Shown: one piece after another, positions 26,967-42,594 of the stretch | How positions within the stretch are numbered: the stretch's first letter is position 1 | How the letters are laid out: each line of letters starts with the position of its first letter | Source: Octopus vulgaris | Taxonomy: Eukaryota | Assembly: GCA_951406725.2 (NCBI GenBank) | Contig: OX597822.1 | Span: 117,862,001 to 117,926,000 of the forward strand | DNA length: 64,000 nt | Direction of reading: 5' to 3' | Position numbers and translations under genes: made by a program | The notes under the pieces: generated by a model | The model's input: the letters and a program-made list of their open reading frames with translations, nothing else | Told to the model about the DNA's origin: nothing | Database searches by the model: none

Positions 26967-27302
26967 TACTATTGATATCTAATGCCGGTTGGTAGTCAGC
27001 CACGTGTTATTAATGCTGTGGTCAAAACAGTTAACTTTTAACTGCGTCTAAATATGTATCACCGTGTTGTGTTTCAAAATTCTAAGCAGGGGGATTACTT
27101 GTAAATTGACAAACGAATCATCAACTCGCAATTGATATTCCCCCACATTGGTTTGCAGCGGAGATGACGGGGGTAATTTCATGCTGGGATTTATTCCACG
27201 GTATGGAATAGAATTATTCAATGACGTCTCTTGAGCAACTCCTTTGTCGTCTTCATTGCACATAGCTTCCTGTTGCAGATAACATCATCTAATTATATGT
27301 GA

Positions 27303-27686
27303 CTAGCAGTATCGCCCGGCGTTGCTCAGGTTTGTAAGGGAAATAACTATAAAGCATTTTTAGAGAGTTATAGCCAAAAAATAGCAAAAAAATGGGAAAA
27401 AATGATGGTAAATTTTTTTTGAGAGTAAAAAAAGGTGGAGTTGCGTCCCCTAGACAGTTTGCGGTTTGTGTTTCTAATTCTCGACCCCATGTCGAATTTA
27501 TCGATTTTTTTCAGAAGTGGGGGAACTTTTCAAAATTTTCGCTGCGTTAGTTTTGAATTATGACATTGGGCTATGTGTGTGTCAAGTTTCATCAGAATCG
27601 GTTGAAAGCCGTGGTCAGGGTGAGGGTACAAGCAAACAGACACACAGAAACACGCACAGACAAACTGCCGTTTATATAGAGAGAGA
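27303..27686 (-). mobile_element. Non-autonomous Helitron
   Basis: Minus strand starts a|TCTCTCTCTATATAAA and ends with a GC hairpin (cctgagcaacgccggg) plus CTAG|t; A/T insertion site, no TSD; subterminal gtct-type repeats. Confidence 0.85.
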
Positions 27687-27809
27687 TACATACGAATTGA
27701 AACAAATATCTCAAGATTACGTACGTTCGAAATAAATGAAATTTCATTCACACTCGCGCGTGCACGCACACATGCACATTCTCAATTATAAAACATTTTC
27801 ATCAATGAA

Positions 27810-27880
<71 letters not shown>

Positions 27881-27901
27881 ATATCTATCTATATATATAC
27901 A

Positions 27902-28060
27902 TATTATCAATAATAATAAAGGGTAAACTTAATTAATTAACTAGTAATTAATAATTCCACCTAGTAGTATTCGGCATGTTAAAAGGACCATTTTTCGGTA
28001 AACTTAAACTCTATGTGGTAAAGAAAATTTTTGCTGAACCCTAATTTTAATTATACTCAT
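27902..28060. mobile_element. Rearranged fragment of the H2 family (tail plus inverted internal piece)
   Basis: ttatcaataata..aagggtaaa..aaaaggaccat matches 61388-61470; gtggtaaag..tttgctga.ccctaatt is the reverse complement of about 61497-61530. Confidence 0.7.
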
Positions 28061-28082
28061 AATTATAAAATATTATATATAT

Positions 28083-28141
<59 letters not shown>

Positions 28142-28741
28142 AATTAACGTCGTTTTCGTTGAATGAGTAAAGTTAAACTATGGGAGAACAGATATTGATA
28201 TTTCGTCCAGACCCAGCAAGTAAACATTATAGGGGAAAAAAAAAAAAAAAGGCAGCCGTTACATTTCGGGAATATCATTGATAGGCTCGCGAATGTCAAT
28301 AAAAGGACTTTACGACGTTAGATGATTGACTAACCAGTCAGTCAATTAGGGAATTCGTCAACTGGCTTACTTGATTAATAATAACGATAAACGGACTGAA
28401 CAGAACCAACGCGTGTTATCATTGCATAATGACCCTCCCGAGACACAGCAAAATGTATAATGTTCCTATTTGTCTTTTCTACAGCTAATACAACAGTCTC
28501 TGATTCGCTAAATAAGCAAAATGTATTCTATAGCCGCCATGACGTAGTCAACATACATGTCACTTTCCCAATCCTTCCTCTTCAGCTTTATAACTCTCTG
28601 GACTGCCCTCTTTATACATTTCGTACCTATATTCATCAATCCATCACAGATCAAGTTCAATACTGACTCATCGACCTCACCAATGGAAGAATGCCTACGA
28701 AGTTCATAGACACTGTCCCTTCTTCCTCTAATAACACCCTG

Positions 28742-29041
28742 ATTGTTCCTTCTCAAGCCATGCCTGGCTCATAAGGGCCGGTTTCCCGGTTTCCTTGGCG
28801 TATATGTTCCCCACCTGGACGGAACGCCGGTCCGTCGCAGGTGAGCTGCAAGATGCAGGAGGAAAGAGTGAGAGAAAGTTGTGGCGATAGAGTCAGCAGA
28901 AGTTTGCCATTACCTTCTGCCGGAGCCGCGTGGAACTTTGGTGTTTGGCTCATAAAGACATACATCGCCCGGTCTGAGATTGGAACCCGGGATCCCTTGA
29001 CCGCGAGTCCGCTGCTCTAACCACTAGGCCATGTACCTCCA
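28742..29041 (-). mobile_element. SINE family C, full length
   Basis: Reverse complement of 4938-5244; imperfect TSD ctaataacacc / ctaataccacc. Confidence 0.92.
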
Positions 29042-30234
29042 CTAATACCACCAACATACTATAGATAGATAGTTTATCAATCATAAAAGGATCGAATGCG
29101 AATTAGGAATTCGAAATCACGAGAGCTTTAAATTAAATGTAAAACCTCTGCTTAGTAAATTTTGAGTTTATACAACTCTGAACTATTACTGAATAACAAA
29201 AAGTCATAGGTCCAAGTTTCAAGTTCTCTTTCTGTAACATTAAATAAATGAAAACAGGAGTCTGTACTATGAAAAGCCGTTAGGAAAATAACACTGAAAT
29301 ACAATTACTATATTCTACTGACAAATGCATCACAATCTATTTATTAATGTACGAGACGTTGCTACTTAATGTATGATAACTGACTGAAAGTTTTATCTGA
29401 TTATATTAAGACGTTGCCGGACTATCACCGTCTATCGCAGTCTAGTATTCGGTATCTTGTCATCACTACTGTAGTTAAAACAGCGCGTTTTTTTTCTTTT
29501 TATTTATTTATTTTAATACAGTAAGATCGAGCTTCATGTCAGCAGTGGGAATACTAGTAAATTAACGAGTGAAGCACTAGCTTGCAATTGTTATTTCTCC
29601 CTTTGGTTTGAAATAGAAATGAGGATGGTGATTTCACGTTGAGTCGCTCATGGTGCCTCGTATGAAATAAAATTATTCGTTTGTCCTTTAAGCAATTGCC
29701 ATTAGGATGATCATTATATGAAGCCCCCTGCTGCATATAACATGAGCGAAATTCATGTGCTGCGCACGCCTTAAAGCTAATATCCGAATTATTTACGTTC
29801 GAGATAAAATGAAATTTCAGTCGCACACTTACTGTCTCGAATCAGCTTAAAGCAGGTCCATGAAAAATTAAAAAATAAAAATATTTATTAGCAATTACAT
29901 CGATGTGTTTGTTCAAGTGTGTTAATCACTAATGGAAATATTGACAGAAATACTTTTATGATAATTAGACAAATTAAAGATAAAAATTTAGAGAAAACTA
30001 TAAAACGCTATATTACTTCTTTATATGATCCTGTACTAAAAATGCAATTATAAAACAACGATAACAACAACAAAAACAGCAAAGAGCAATTAAATCCATG
30101 ACTTCCAAATATACGATTTATGCAAAAATAACACGATGTGACATTTGTTCCAATCAGTAGGAAAATCATGTGAAAGAACAGAGTAGAATAATATGCGAAA
30201 TACAGTGGAATAGGAAAAGCTTGGCATGAGATAG

Positions 30235-30490
30235 TAGATGCGCGTGGCTTAGTGGTTAGGGTGTCAGCATCAGGATCGTAAGATTGTGGTTTCGATTCCT
30301 GGGCTGGGCGACACGTTGTGTTCTTGAGCAAAACACTTCATTTCACGTTGCTCCAGTCCACTCATCTGGCAAAAGTGAGTAACGCTGCGATGGACTAGCG
30401 TACCGTCCAGCTGGGGAACACATACGCCATTGAAACCAGGAAACCGGGTCCATGAACCTGGCTAGGCTTTAAAAAGGGCGCATTTATTTA
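30235..30490 (+). mobile_element. tRNA-derived SINE family D (CORE-like plus V-domain-like modules)
   Basis: A box tggcttagtgg, B box gtttcgattcc, ttgtgttcttgagcaaaacact, ctgcgatggact.gcgt.ccgtccag, (TTTA) tail. Confidence 0.85.
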
Positions 30491-31469
30491 TCTTCATTGG
30501 AATGAGATATAGTTAAAAAGAATAAAAATGGAAAATCCACTAACGTTGTACTTTGTCTACGTCAATAGTTCTCAGCGTATCGTAGTTCAATACTCTCTTT
30601 CTCTGAATACCCCTTTACAAATAGTGGCTCCCTGTTTTACGAAAATAACAATAATAATAATAACTTAGGCCTTGATGCATCTTCCCACTTGCTTCTGTTT
30701 ACTAACTAAACAATATCTGGCTCGTATTTTAATACCGTCAAAGACATTTTCCCGTTCTTTTTAACATAGTAGTTCAACCAGATTCAATTATTTTATCTTA
30801 TAGTGTCACCATGCTATTTCCAACCCACCTTCTGTGCTCACAACACACATCCACCCTTTCAGAAGTGTGCCACCACCTAGATTAAGAACCTCTGCTCTAA
30901 AGTATTTGGCTCATTAACTGTTACTGGCTTCAGTTTTACTCATGATGACTTTGCCTTTTATTTCTTTAAGGTTAATATAAAGAAACTGACCTCGTATCAC
31001 GAAAACTTCACATTCATCAGCAAAGTATTTATTTTGTTAAGAGCCATGCATATACAACAAGAAACTATACTAACAGCCTTTTATCTAAAGGGTATGAACA
31101 GCTGGAGTATTTCCTGTTGGATGTTGGTCATGTCTTATAGAATATTTCTTGTGATGTAACCAATAACCTAATTAGGACACAAAACAATGCGCAGGCAGGT
31201 GTGTTCAAGTCTTGGTTCGTAATCATAAGAATCGACAAAGTTTCTAGTTGTCTTCAACTATGAATGTGAGATAAGACACTGCAAGAGTCGAGATAACTGA
31301 AAGTTTAAGACTAAGACATCAAAATGTGTTCATGACCAATCGTGTGGATAACCAAGTCGGGACCCTGGGAATATACTTAAAAATATGAGAATATTATCAT
31401 CAAATATTCCGAAACCTATTGAACATGAGAGGCTGATTTCATTGATATGCATTTAAACAACTCACTCTT

Positions 31470-31756
31470 ACACATACATACATACATACATACATACATA
31501 CATACATACATACATACATACATACATACATACATACATACATACATACGTACGTACGTACGTACATACATACATACGTGCATACATACGTACATACATA
31601 CGTACATACATACATACATACATACGTACGTACGTACGTACATACATACATACGTGCATACATACATACATACGTACATACATACATACATACATACATA
31701 CACACACATACATACATACATACATACATACATACATACATACATACACACACATG

Positions 31757-31788
<32 letters not shown>

Positions 31789-32193
31789 CATACATACATA
31801 CATACATACATACTACATACACACACACATACATACATACATACATACATACATACACACACATGCATACATACATACATACATACATACATACATACAT
31901 ACATACATACATACATACATACATACATACATACATACATACATACGTGCATACATACGTACATACATACGTACATACATACATACATACATACATACGT
32001 ACGTACGTACGTACATACATACATACGTGCATACATACATACATACGTACATACATACATACATACATACGTACGTACGTACGTACATACATACATACAT
32101 ACATACATACATACACACACACATACATACATACATACATACATACATACATACATACATACATACATACATACACACACATGCATACATACA

Positions 32194-32227
<34 letters not shown>

Positions 32228-32250
32228 CATACATACACACATACATACAT
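31470..32250. repeat. (TACA)n microsatellite with TACG/TGCA variants and higher-order duplication
   Basis: Directly visible; source of the MYVC/HTYI ORFs. Confidence 0.97.
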
Positions 32251-33485
32251 AAAGAGAAGTATGCTTCTTGCAATGTGTTATATGTATTTTCTATAGAGGC
32301 TGGCGGGCTCACTGGTAAATACGATGGCTTACACTGTCGTCTCTAATCGGCACTGATAGTAACAGAAAGGGACAGAAAGACTTCTAAAAAGCACTCATTT
32401 TCTTAAGATATATTCGAACTACAATACAGCATCTCACCCTTGTGGCCTGAGATAACTTGATGAAGAATAAACATGTTTTGAATGCGCATTTTGGAAGGTA
32501 CCAAGTTTGAAAGGAGGGAATAGTTATGCTGATCCTCATCGCTTGGCTGACACTTTATTCTATCAACCCTAGAACAGTAAATGGCTAAGTCCACCTCAAA
32601 ACATGAAAAAACCGGAACATATACTGCAAGGCCCTTTGTTCGCCCCACTAACGATTCTGCAAATAATAGAAAACTCTAAGCATGCATATTTCAATAATAA
32701 ATTAATTTTACGTAAGAATATATACATAGACTTGTTCCAGAATAAGATATATATAGGGACATGTAACAAAATGTACTACTTTGATATAGAAATACAGTTA
32801 CCCCCCCCCAGCACCAAACACACTTCGTCGACATCATAAGAAATCCGAATCGGAATATTTTCAAACAGACTCGTGCAATTTTTCTTGGCCAACTGTTGCT
32901 ATTGTGCTCAAACCGTATAAAATGATTCACAGATCCTTCAGACTATCTCCACACAATTTCCTGATAACAAACAGGTCACATTAATATATCATGCATGCAT
33001 ACTTGATATATTCTCACATACAAAACATTTGTGTATAAAGATACGAGCTTCTCTTGCCTTATATGTACATATATTACCTTATAAGTTTTATTCATGCATA
33101 AAGTGTTCTTTATGAATAAATTGTGGTTCACAAGTGATTGAGAAGCAGAATAAAATTTAGTAGGGGTAGAAGGGGTTTATATGATTGTTGTGTAAGGTAT
33201 TTTGGGCAGATGGGGAAAGAATGAAATGATGATAGCTCGATGGAGTAAGAGGTTAGCTTTATGTTACTTGAAGTAATATTTGTGTATTGATAACGAGGAG
33301 AAGCTTAAAAAATCAAATTCTGTAACAGAAGACATCCCAAAGGTGGCCCAGCCATAGACATCTAGACAAGCAAAAGCTCTATAACAAACATTTATTAAAT
33401 TCGCAGCAAAATAAATATACTTTTTTATATAAATTTATTTATATAAATGTATATATATACATATAAAATTTATAATCATAAGCAT

Positions 33486-33912
33486 AGGCGTTTTTGCGTG
33501 GTAAGAAGCTTGCTTTCCAACCATATGGTTCGGGGTTCAGTCCCACTGCATGGCATCTTCGGCAGGTGTCTTCTACTATACCCTCAGGCCACCAAAGCTT
33601 TGTGACTGAATTTGGTAGACGGAAACTGAAAGAAGCCTGTCGTATGTGTGTGCGTGTGTGTGTGTTTGTGTGTATGTGTGTGTGTTTGTGTGTGTTTGTC
33701 CTTATGCCTGTGTTTGTTCCCCACCACCGCTTGACAACCGGAGTTGGCGTATTTACGACTCCGTAACCTAGCGGTTCGGCAATAGAATACGTACCGATTG
33801 AATACTACCATACTTAACAAAAAATAAGTACAGGGGTCGATTCATTCGACTAAAAATTATCCAAGGCGGTGCCCCAGCATGGTCGCTGTCTAATGCCTGA
33901 AACAAATAAGAG
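33486..33912 (+). mobile_element. SINE family A, diverged subfamily
   Basis: gtggtaagaagcttgct..ggttcagtcccactgc..tttggtagacggaaactgaaagaagcc..ggcggtgccccagcatgg. Confidence 0.88.
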
Positions 33913-34923
33913 ATATTAGATTTTAGTATTTTCCATCATTATTTAATCGTATATTAAACAATAAAATTGTATTACTTGAAACATATTACATGAGGGGAAA
34001 TCATTATATATGATTAAAGCTTATAGCTGAAAGTGATTTTCTCCCGTTCACTAGCAGCTGTTATATATTTATACTTTATGTAAAAAAAAAAAAAATTGTC
34101 TAAAATTTTAATATATTGATGAATGGTAACCGCTGACACAGTTTGGTGATTTTTCCTATTACAGAATTTATTGAAACAAGTAAAATTTTAAAAGGTATAT
34201 GTTCTTCCATTAGCGTATATACACAAATTATTTTACGTAAACAATGTGAAACCAGAAACTAAATAAATACCATCATTTTGTTTTCGGTTTAACTTCCCAT
34301 CCGTTTCGACATATTAGTAGAATATGAAACAATCGATTTTTGAATAATTTATTCGTTATGTTGTAATTTGAGTGTTACCCGTCATATGAGAGGTAACATT
34401 GGAAGAGTATTTTTGTCCCTGCATCAGTAAACATTGATGAAATGAATATTAATTTTCAAGAGGAAAATATGTAATTTCAACATAAAATAACCTTAAAACA
34501 ACAAATTTTACGTTTGTACATCTTCATGAAATGTTATTTTTTCCAAAATTCTGACAACATATTCGCAACCTACATCATTGAAAAGCAAACACTTGAACGT
34601 TTCATTAAGTTATATCACCCTTTGAACCACCCTGACAGGGATACGACGAAGCCATGGAGTTGAGGCCTAGCGTATTGTGAAGCAGTAGCAGAAGAGCTGA
34701 ACTGAGCCAACGGTGGTTCATACATTGATGCTGAACAGATAAACCGTAGAAGATCAACAGTCAGGCTCAGCATGTTGTATTAAGAGAGTAACTGCAACAC
34801 ATTGATAGAGGCAATGTCCATGGATGTGTAATTAGCTAATGAAAGATCCAACATGGCTGAAGCTCTCATATATATCTGCCCGTTCAGATACGTTTTCCAT
34901 TGTTTTGTCATGGAGAAAGCCTA

Positions 34924-36042
<1,119 letters not shown>

Positions 36043-36143
36043 AGGTGTTGTTTTATTCAGTTTTTACAGCACTCGCACACTCTAAGCCAATGTTGAAATG
36101 ATAATGTATAAACAATGAGAGAATATTATACTTATATGCATAA

Positions 36144-36185
<42 letters not shown>

Positions 36186-37296
36186 AATAATGTATATGTA
36201 TCTGCATCCGATTACACATATATATCGACGGGCAAATACCAAAGATGTACATCTAATGTGCCCATGTATGATTTTTGACCGTGTGTTTGTGTGTGTGTGA
36301 GTGTGTCTGTGTGTGAGTGTGTGTGTGTGTGTTTGTATGCCTGTTTGTGTGTGCGTGCGTGCGCGCGAGTGTATGTGTGTGCGGTTGTACGTGTTGTAAA
36401 TGAAGATGCACTGGTTAGTTTGCATAGCATTGTATCCAGTAAAACATTATTGAAGTTCGCCATGTCTAAGTTGATATTGGGATGAGCAAATGTTTAAGTA
36501 AACCGAGGGAATTAACAGCGTCATGGAAGAAAGAAGGAGACAGAGAGAGAGAGAAGGAAAGAGAGGAAGGATAGGCTCGCACAAGTTAAAACAAAGTCAT
36601 ATAACATGTGATTTATAATCCACAATATAGCTTGATAAAATTTGCTTCATCAATAAATGCTGCAACCATAAATCGATCAGTGATTTGTAAGTGAACATGA
36701 TTTATATAGACATAGTATATAGTCTGAGACCAATGACAACAGAGGGGTTATTTTAAATGTAAACTAACTGACAGGAAAAACTAATAACCGGGACTTTAAG
36801 TGATCGGTCGGTCTGTTAGAAATGGTAGTACAAATGTTCCTCAAATCACAGACGTTATTGTCTATAAGAAAGGAAACTTTGAATAATGTAAGCGGAGATA
36901 ACGCCTCAAGAATGAAGAAAATGGGATGAGTATCACTCGAATGTTGACTGTTCATAGGTATATTTAATCCAACTAGTGGAAATGTTAGTGGATGTCTCAT
37001 TTACTCCGTAATATATGGTGTGAGGCTCAGTTTACCAAACGACGGACAGATATGGAGTGCGTGCGAAAAGTGGAGCATCTTAACAGCCCAATGCTCTTCC
37101 TATTGAGACATACTCTCCTAATCAGGAAAGGACCAAAGGGTAATGCAGTTAAAGGAAGAACCCACATTCAACCTTTATACACCTATATACATATATATAG
37201 TTAATCCAAACAAGAAAACAAAAAAAAGACAACAACGCAAGGACGTGGAACAAATAAAGTATTATTGGACGCTCAGGAAAGAAGGGAAGAAGGAGG

Positions 37297-37331
37297 GTTT
37301 AACGTTTTGAGCGGAGCTCTTCGTCGGAAAC
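37297..37331 (-). ncRNA. Hammerhead-like motif (CCGACGA core variant) in an H1-related element at about 37198-37400
   Basis: Minus strand: gttt-CCGACGA-a-gagc tcc gctc-aAAAC-GTT-aaac; downstream tcctgagcgtc..taatac shared with H1; G12 appears mutated. Confidence 0.5.
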
Positions 37332-38465
37332 ATAGGAGAAGGAAAGATCCCGAGAAGGGAAGACAGAGGGAAAAAAGTCGCCAGTGGTACTCACGAGGTC
37401 ACACACACACACATATATATAACTAGGAAACTGTTGAAGATTTTATTCTTAGGATTTTGTCTTACTAATCATGATAGTTTGTGCGGGATCCGGGTGTAGT
37501 GGATGACACAACATGGATGGCGATGGAAGGAGCAATGAGTGCAGAAGGCACGCGTAGCTATGCAGCTTTTATCAAGAATTGACCACCAGAATAGCGATAC
37601 AGAGGACAGACGGAAGAAAAAGCAGGACTGTGAGGAGGAGGAGGCTGGTGTGTGTCTGTGTGTGGGGGGGACTTATAACAATCCATCGATGTCATAGGCA
37701 TTCACTCTGTTCAGTTAGGGCTGGCATGAGACCAATCAACAACACCAACAGTTAATACAACAACAGCAATAGCAATTAGAGATATTCACTCAAAAGCCAA
37801 CCAGCGAGCATCTACATGCCAGAAATTACTGAAGGCGTCAGGAGTAATTTGAGGAATATTCGGTTGCTATTTCTAGCAGGTCAAATGATAGAACCATTTT
37901 AAAATTATCAGCAGATATTTGTTTACGTGTTCGTTAATTACATATCAATTAATTAATTTCATGGTCTCGTCTAGTTGGAAGATATAAAAGCGAACACGTA
38001 ACATTCTAAGACTGTTAGCTTCGTACAACAACAACAACCAACACCATTGCCACAACAACAATAACGTCAACAGATTCATATGAAAATCGAAATCAAATCA
38101 TCAAGACTAACTTACCTTTTATTTATTTACTGCAGAAATTAAAACAAGATCAGTAAAAGCTGTTTGTTTTATTGCGAAATTGACTGAAAATTTCCCTGGG
38201 ATTCCTTTCTATCCTTTAAACGCACTCAATTATATCGCGACATACGTTCATTGTCAAATAACAAGGGCAGACATTTACAAATCTGATGTTTAAGTGAAAT
38301 CGATGGCAAAAAGAGAAACAATTTGCATTTTTCTAATGCTGGAAGATAAAACATTATTGCGTCGCTAGATTGATGCAATTTAGCTGATTTTCTTCGTAAT
38401 AATACGTAATTCTCGATCAATAAAAGGCTTCAGTAATAACACATAATATAAAATACATAGATGGA

Positions 38466-38665
38466 AGCGAGCTGGTAGAATCGTTAATTTGTCAGCCGAA
38501 ATGCTTTGGGGATTTCGTCCGACTTTATGCTCTCGGTTGAATTTCCGCCGACGTTGACTTTACTTTTCGTCCTTTCGGGGATCCGTAAAATGAATACCAG
38601 TTGAACACTGGTATTCAACTTACCCCTCCCCCAATATTGCTGGCACTGCGCTAAAATTTGAGAAC
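38466..38665 (+). mobile_element. SINE family B, old copy
   Basis: gcgagctggtagaatcgtta..tccgccga.gttgacttt..tcctttcgggg. Confidence 0.75.
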
Positions 38666-39166
38666 AATATAGAATATATGCAACAGTAAAACTATACGTT
38701 CATATAGATGTACTATGACTTAACTATATACGTTGTTTTCGCGTGTGTGTAGCGTCTGTGTGTAAGGAACAAAATAGAGTAAAATTGGAAAAATGATTAA
38801 TTACTGTAGACTTTGACATAGTAAACGAATTGCTGAATGAACGATTCACCGTTTTCCCTCTTTATTCTCTTATATACACTTGTAAATAGCTGAATCAATT
38901 CATTTATTTAGGACTGTAATGGTGCTTAAAGGAGCAGAAACGATCAATTACATAGGTATAACATATGTGTGTGCATATGTGCTTATTTGTGTTTGTTTGT
39001 TTGTGTGTGTGCAAATCGGTGGTTTGCTGAATTAAACCGAACTCGTCAAGAAGTCATGAAGGCTCCCTCACAATTCTACTATTGTTAAGCAGAAACGCGC
39101 TTTCTAAACGCTTAAAGGGAGAGATAAGTATCCGTATCTTCTGCGCAGCACCGAAAACACAGCATA

Positions 39167-39375
39167 TACTCTTTTACTCTTTTACTTGTTTCAGTCATTT
39201 GACTGCGGCCATGCTGGAGCACCGCCTTTAGTCGAGCAAATCGACCCCGGGACTTATTCTTTGTAAGCCCAGTACATATTCTATCGGTCTCTTTTGCCGA
39301 ACCGCTAAGTGACGGGGACGTAAACACACCAGCATCAGTTGTCAAGCAATGCTAGGGGGGACAAACACAGACACA

Positions 39376-39429
<54 letters not shown>

Positions 39430-39595
39430 CATATATACGACAACCTTCTTTCAGTTTCCGTCTACCAAATCCACTCACAAGGCATTGGTCGGCCTGGGGC
39501 TATAGCAGAAGATACTTGCCCAAGATGCTACGCAGTGGGACTGAACCCGGAACCATGTGGTTGGTAAGCAAGCTACTTACCACACAGCCACTCCT
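39167..39595 (-). mobile_element. SINE family A, near full length
   Basis: Near-identical to 6165-6582 in reverse complement. Confidence 0.93.
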
Positions 39596-40032
39596 TATCT
39601 ACAGCAAAGGGAACAGGTCAGACGCTAAAAAGTCTATTTCGGTTGTTTCCTTTATTTTTAATTCGGAACAAACTATTAGACAAACTGATTCTTCTTGGAA
39701 CAGTGGAACTTGTTGAGTGATACTTGAGCCCGGTTTCCCCATCACACAATTGATACGGCGTTATAGCTGGGTATTAAAGCAGTTGTACCTATCATAAATA
39801 GAAGGGTTATGTCTAGATTTTTGTGAAAGTTTTCGAACAATTGAGGTGGAAATATTACACAGGCTTGGTGATCTCACTATCGCAGCATAATCATTAAAAT
39901 ATAGAAGTTCATATAGTCAACAATTCATTGTGTAAATCATCAAGGACGTATCTTGGACTTATTTAGATGCTTATTTATATAATCTATAGACTTTATATAT
40001 CAGGTAATATATAAAAGGTATCATATAAGTCC

Positions 40033-40069
<37 letters not shown>

Positions 40070-40075
<6 letters not shown>

Positions 40076-40300
40076 TACAGGGAATCCACTATGTGGAGAC
40101 CCCTATGCTGAAGGTTCAGTAAAATTGTATTATATATATATTAGAGGGAAACGACTAAGGGTGTCCACATGGTGGTTTCCCTCTAATATGTATATAATAC
40201 AATTTTACTGAACCTTTAGTTTTTTTATATGCTAGATCACTGGTGTGAAATCGATGTTAATTTAATTAATATCTAATTTCCCACCCTCATTTCAAATTTA
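40070..40300. repeat. Foldback insert after (TA)n: about 42-bp inverted arms plus a third partial copy
   Basis: aaggttcagtaaaattgtattatat.tatattagagggaaac (about 40111-40152) vs gtttccctctaatat.tatataatacaattttactgaacctt (about 40175-40216). Confidence 0.85.
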
Positions 40301-40315
40301 TACACACACACACAC

Positions 40316-40409
<94 letters not shown>

Positions 40410-40447
40410 GAGAGGGAGCGAGAGAAAAGAAAGATAAGTATCGATAG

Positions 40448-41365
40448 ATAACTTAGCTAATTTAGATATGTTTCGACCAAAGATTGGTCCAGGCCATGTC
40501 TAACTTAATAGCACCACCTGATAGAATTAGCTAACTCCTTTTTCAGTGAAGTTTTGCGGTATCATAGTCCATTCGAGAAGGAAGTTCTCGAATGAGAGTT
40601 GAGTGAGTTGTGTCCAGGTATATGTGACTTATCGGTACTCCTTGGAAGAATTTGTCCAGATTCCGTTTTAAAGATGATTGGATCTTTTTCCTCTTTCATT
40701 TGTTTCAGGACAATGTTAAATAGGGCAGGGCTTGTTGAAGAAAAGAAATTGTGTTGCAGTGTTTTTATGTATTGTAATCCTGAATTTGGCCCGTGGTCCT
40801 AGCGTTGGAGGAGTTCTGAAACTAACGTTCAGGACATTTGGACAATGCTGGTGATATATTCTCCACATCGTGCAAATGTTATATCGCCCTCGGCGGCACT
40901 GGAGGGAATAGAGTTCCAATGCTTTAAGGGGGTCCCAATAATCTAGATCAGTCATGCCCTTAGTTCCTTTATTGAATTCCCTCTGGGGTGATTCAATCTT
41001 GGAAATGGTTTGTTTTGTATGGGGAAACCCCAGAGGGCAGCATTATTCGAAGCGTGGCCGTGCAAACGAGGACAAAAAAGGAAGGATCACAGCTTGTTCT
41101 CTGGATTGGAAAATTCTTAGTATCTAGGAGTTCATCCTACGAGGTGTATCGACCTTATTGTTGATGTAGGCACTCCAACTGAGATTGGCCTGATATTATT
41201 GGATGTTGTGAGTGGTTCTCTTGAAGGAAGAAATTATGGCTGTTTTATCATAGACTTTCTTCTAAAATGCATCAGCTCAAATTTTCCCTGGTTCAGTTGC
41301 ATTTTGTTTTAGTCTGCCCTGGAGTTCTGTTTGATTTTTCTCCATTGATAATATTCTGAGGCCAG
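40448..41365 (-). mobile_element. CR1-clade LINE, decayed ORF2 C-terminus plus 3' UTR
   Basis: Translation ILRIFQSRE..ARPRFE*CCPL..HTKQTISKIESPQR...MTDLDYWDPLKALELYSLQCRRGRY, typical CR1 post-RT motifs (RP.LEYC, L.Y.ERL..L.LYSL.RRR); stops present. Confidence 0.88.
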
Positions 41366-41402
41366 CTAGCTAGCTAGATATGTATCTATATGTATGTATG
41401 TA

Positions 41403-41433
<31 letters not shown>

Positions 41434-42317
41434 GTTGTTCATATTTACAAAAAATAAATAAATAAAAGACGAAGAAGGTGACAGAACAGCAAGCAGATGT
41501 ATTTGTTTAATGCTCGGGAGAAATGGAAACGTCTTTTACGTTTCCAGCCTACGCCCTCATAATATACATTATGAACTTCATTTATGCTTAATACAGGTCC
41601 CTCAAAGACATAACCAATTCAGAAATGTTATAATCAATCTATTCTGATATCTCTGACATATTGTATCCTGGATACACGGAAAAAGGCGAGATTGCACGTT
41701 TCAGAATCATAATTTAGCGGAAATCTGTGAATTATAACTAAAGACTCTTCATTTTGTGCATATATTGCTAAAATGCTAAAATCATGCTGCGAAGAATCAG
41801 GCAGTATTAATTCTGTGAATGTTCAGAACATGTGAACAATATAACAAGTTGGCCCCGTAGAAGATACTTATTTGTAATCGCCTCGATGTCGCTGTAGGCG
41901 AGGCTCCTGACAAATTTTCTATACAACAACTTCAATGAATAAGTAGAGTCAGATAATATGCGATATTTATATCTTTTTATTTCTTTTTGCTCTGAGCTTA
42001 AATCTTGCCGAGAGAAACTTCAATTTTCATTCATACAGGAAGCACTAAAGTGTTCGTATCGATTACTGTTCGATTGATCCTACTTCCCAAAAATATATGA
42101 TCATCTGTCAGCACTAGAAATTCATATTAGAATTTGAAAGAGAAGCAAAGTAATGGCTATAGATAGGGACGAAAATCCCTTCTAAGCAGAAGGTGAGCTA
42201 CAGATAGATACTGAATGCTCAATAAATTTTGTCACTGGAGTGAGAAAATAGGAGATATACAGACAAGATTATTTGAAAGAGCTTAAACTAAATGATATTG
42301 AAAACTTTTAAAACTTG

Positions 42318-42594
42318 TGGAGGCACATGGCCTAGTGGTTAGAGCAGCGGACTCGCGGTCGAAGGATCGCGGGTTCGAATCTCAGACTGAGTGATGTGTG
42401 GTGTTTATGAGCGAAACACCTAAGCTCCACGCGGCTCCGGCAGAAGGTAAGGGCGAACTTCTGCTGACTCTTTCGCCACAATTTTCTTTCACTCTTTTCT
42501 CTTGCAGCTCTTGCAGTCCCGTCCAGGTGGGGAACCTACACGCCCGGGAAACTGACCCTTATGAGCCAGGTGTGGCTCGAGAAGGAACAAACAA
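42318..42594 (+). mobile_element. SINE family C with small internal deletions
   Basis: Matches 4938-5244; atattgaaaactt repeated near both flanks. Confidence 0.9.

Noticed and set aside
28560-28725. Possible RTE LINE remnant (similar weak LINE-like traces at 15800-15990 and 54370-54600)
   Set aside because: Too decayed to assign by eye; needs a profile search.
31416-32346. Longest ORFs in the track (up to 299 aa)
   Set aside because: Translations of (TACA)n; open in many frames, no protein complexity. The same applies to the ORFs at 43668-44253, 45245-46034 and 58392-58984.
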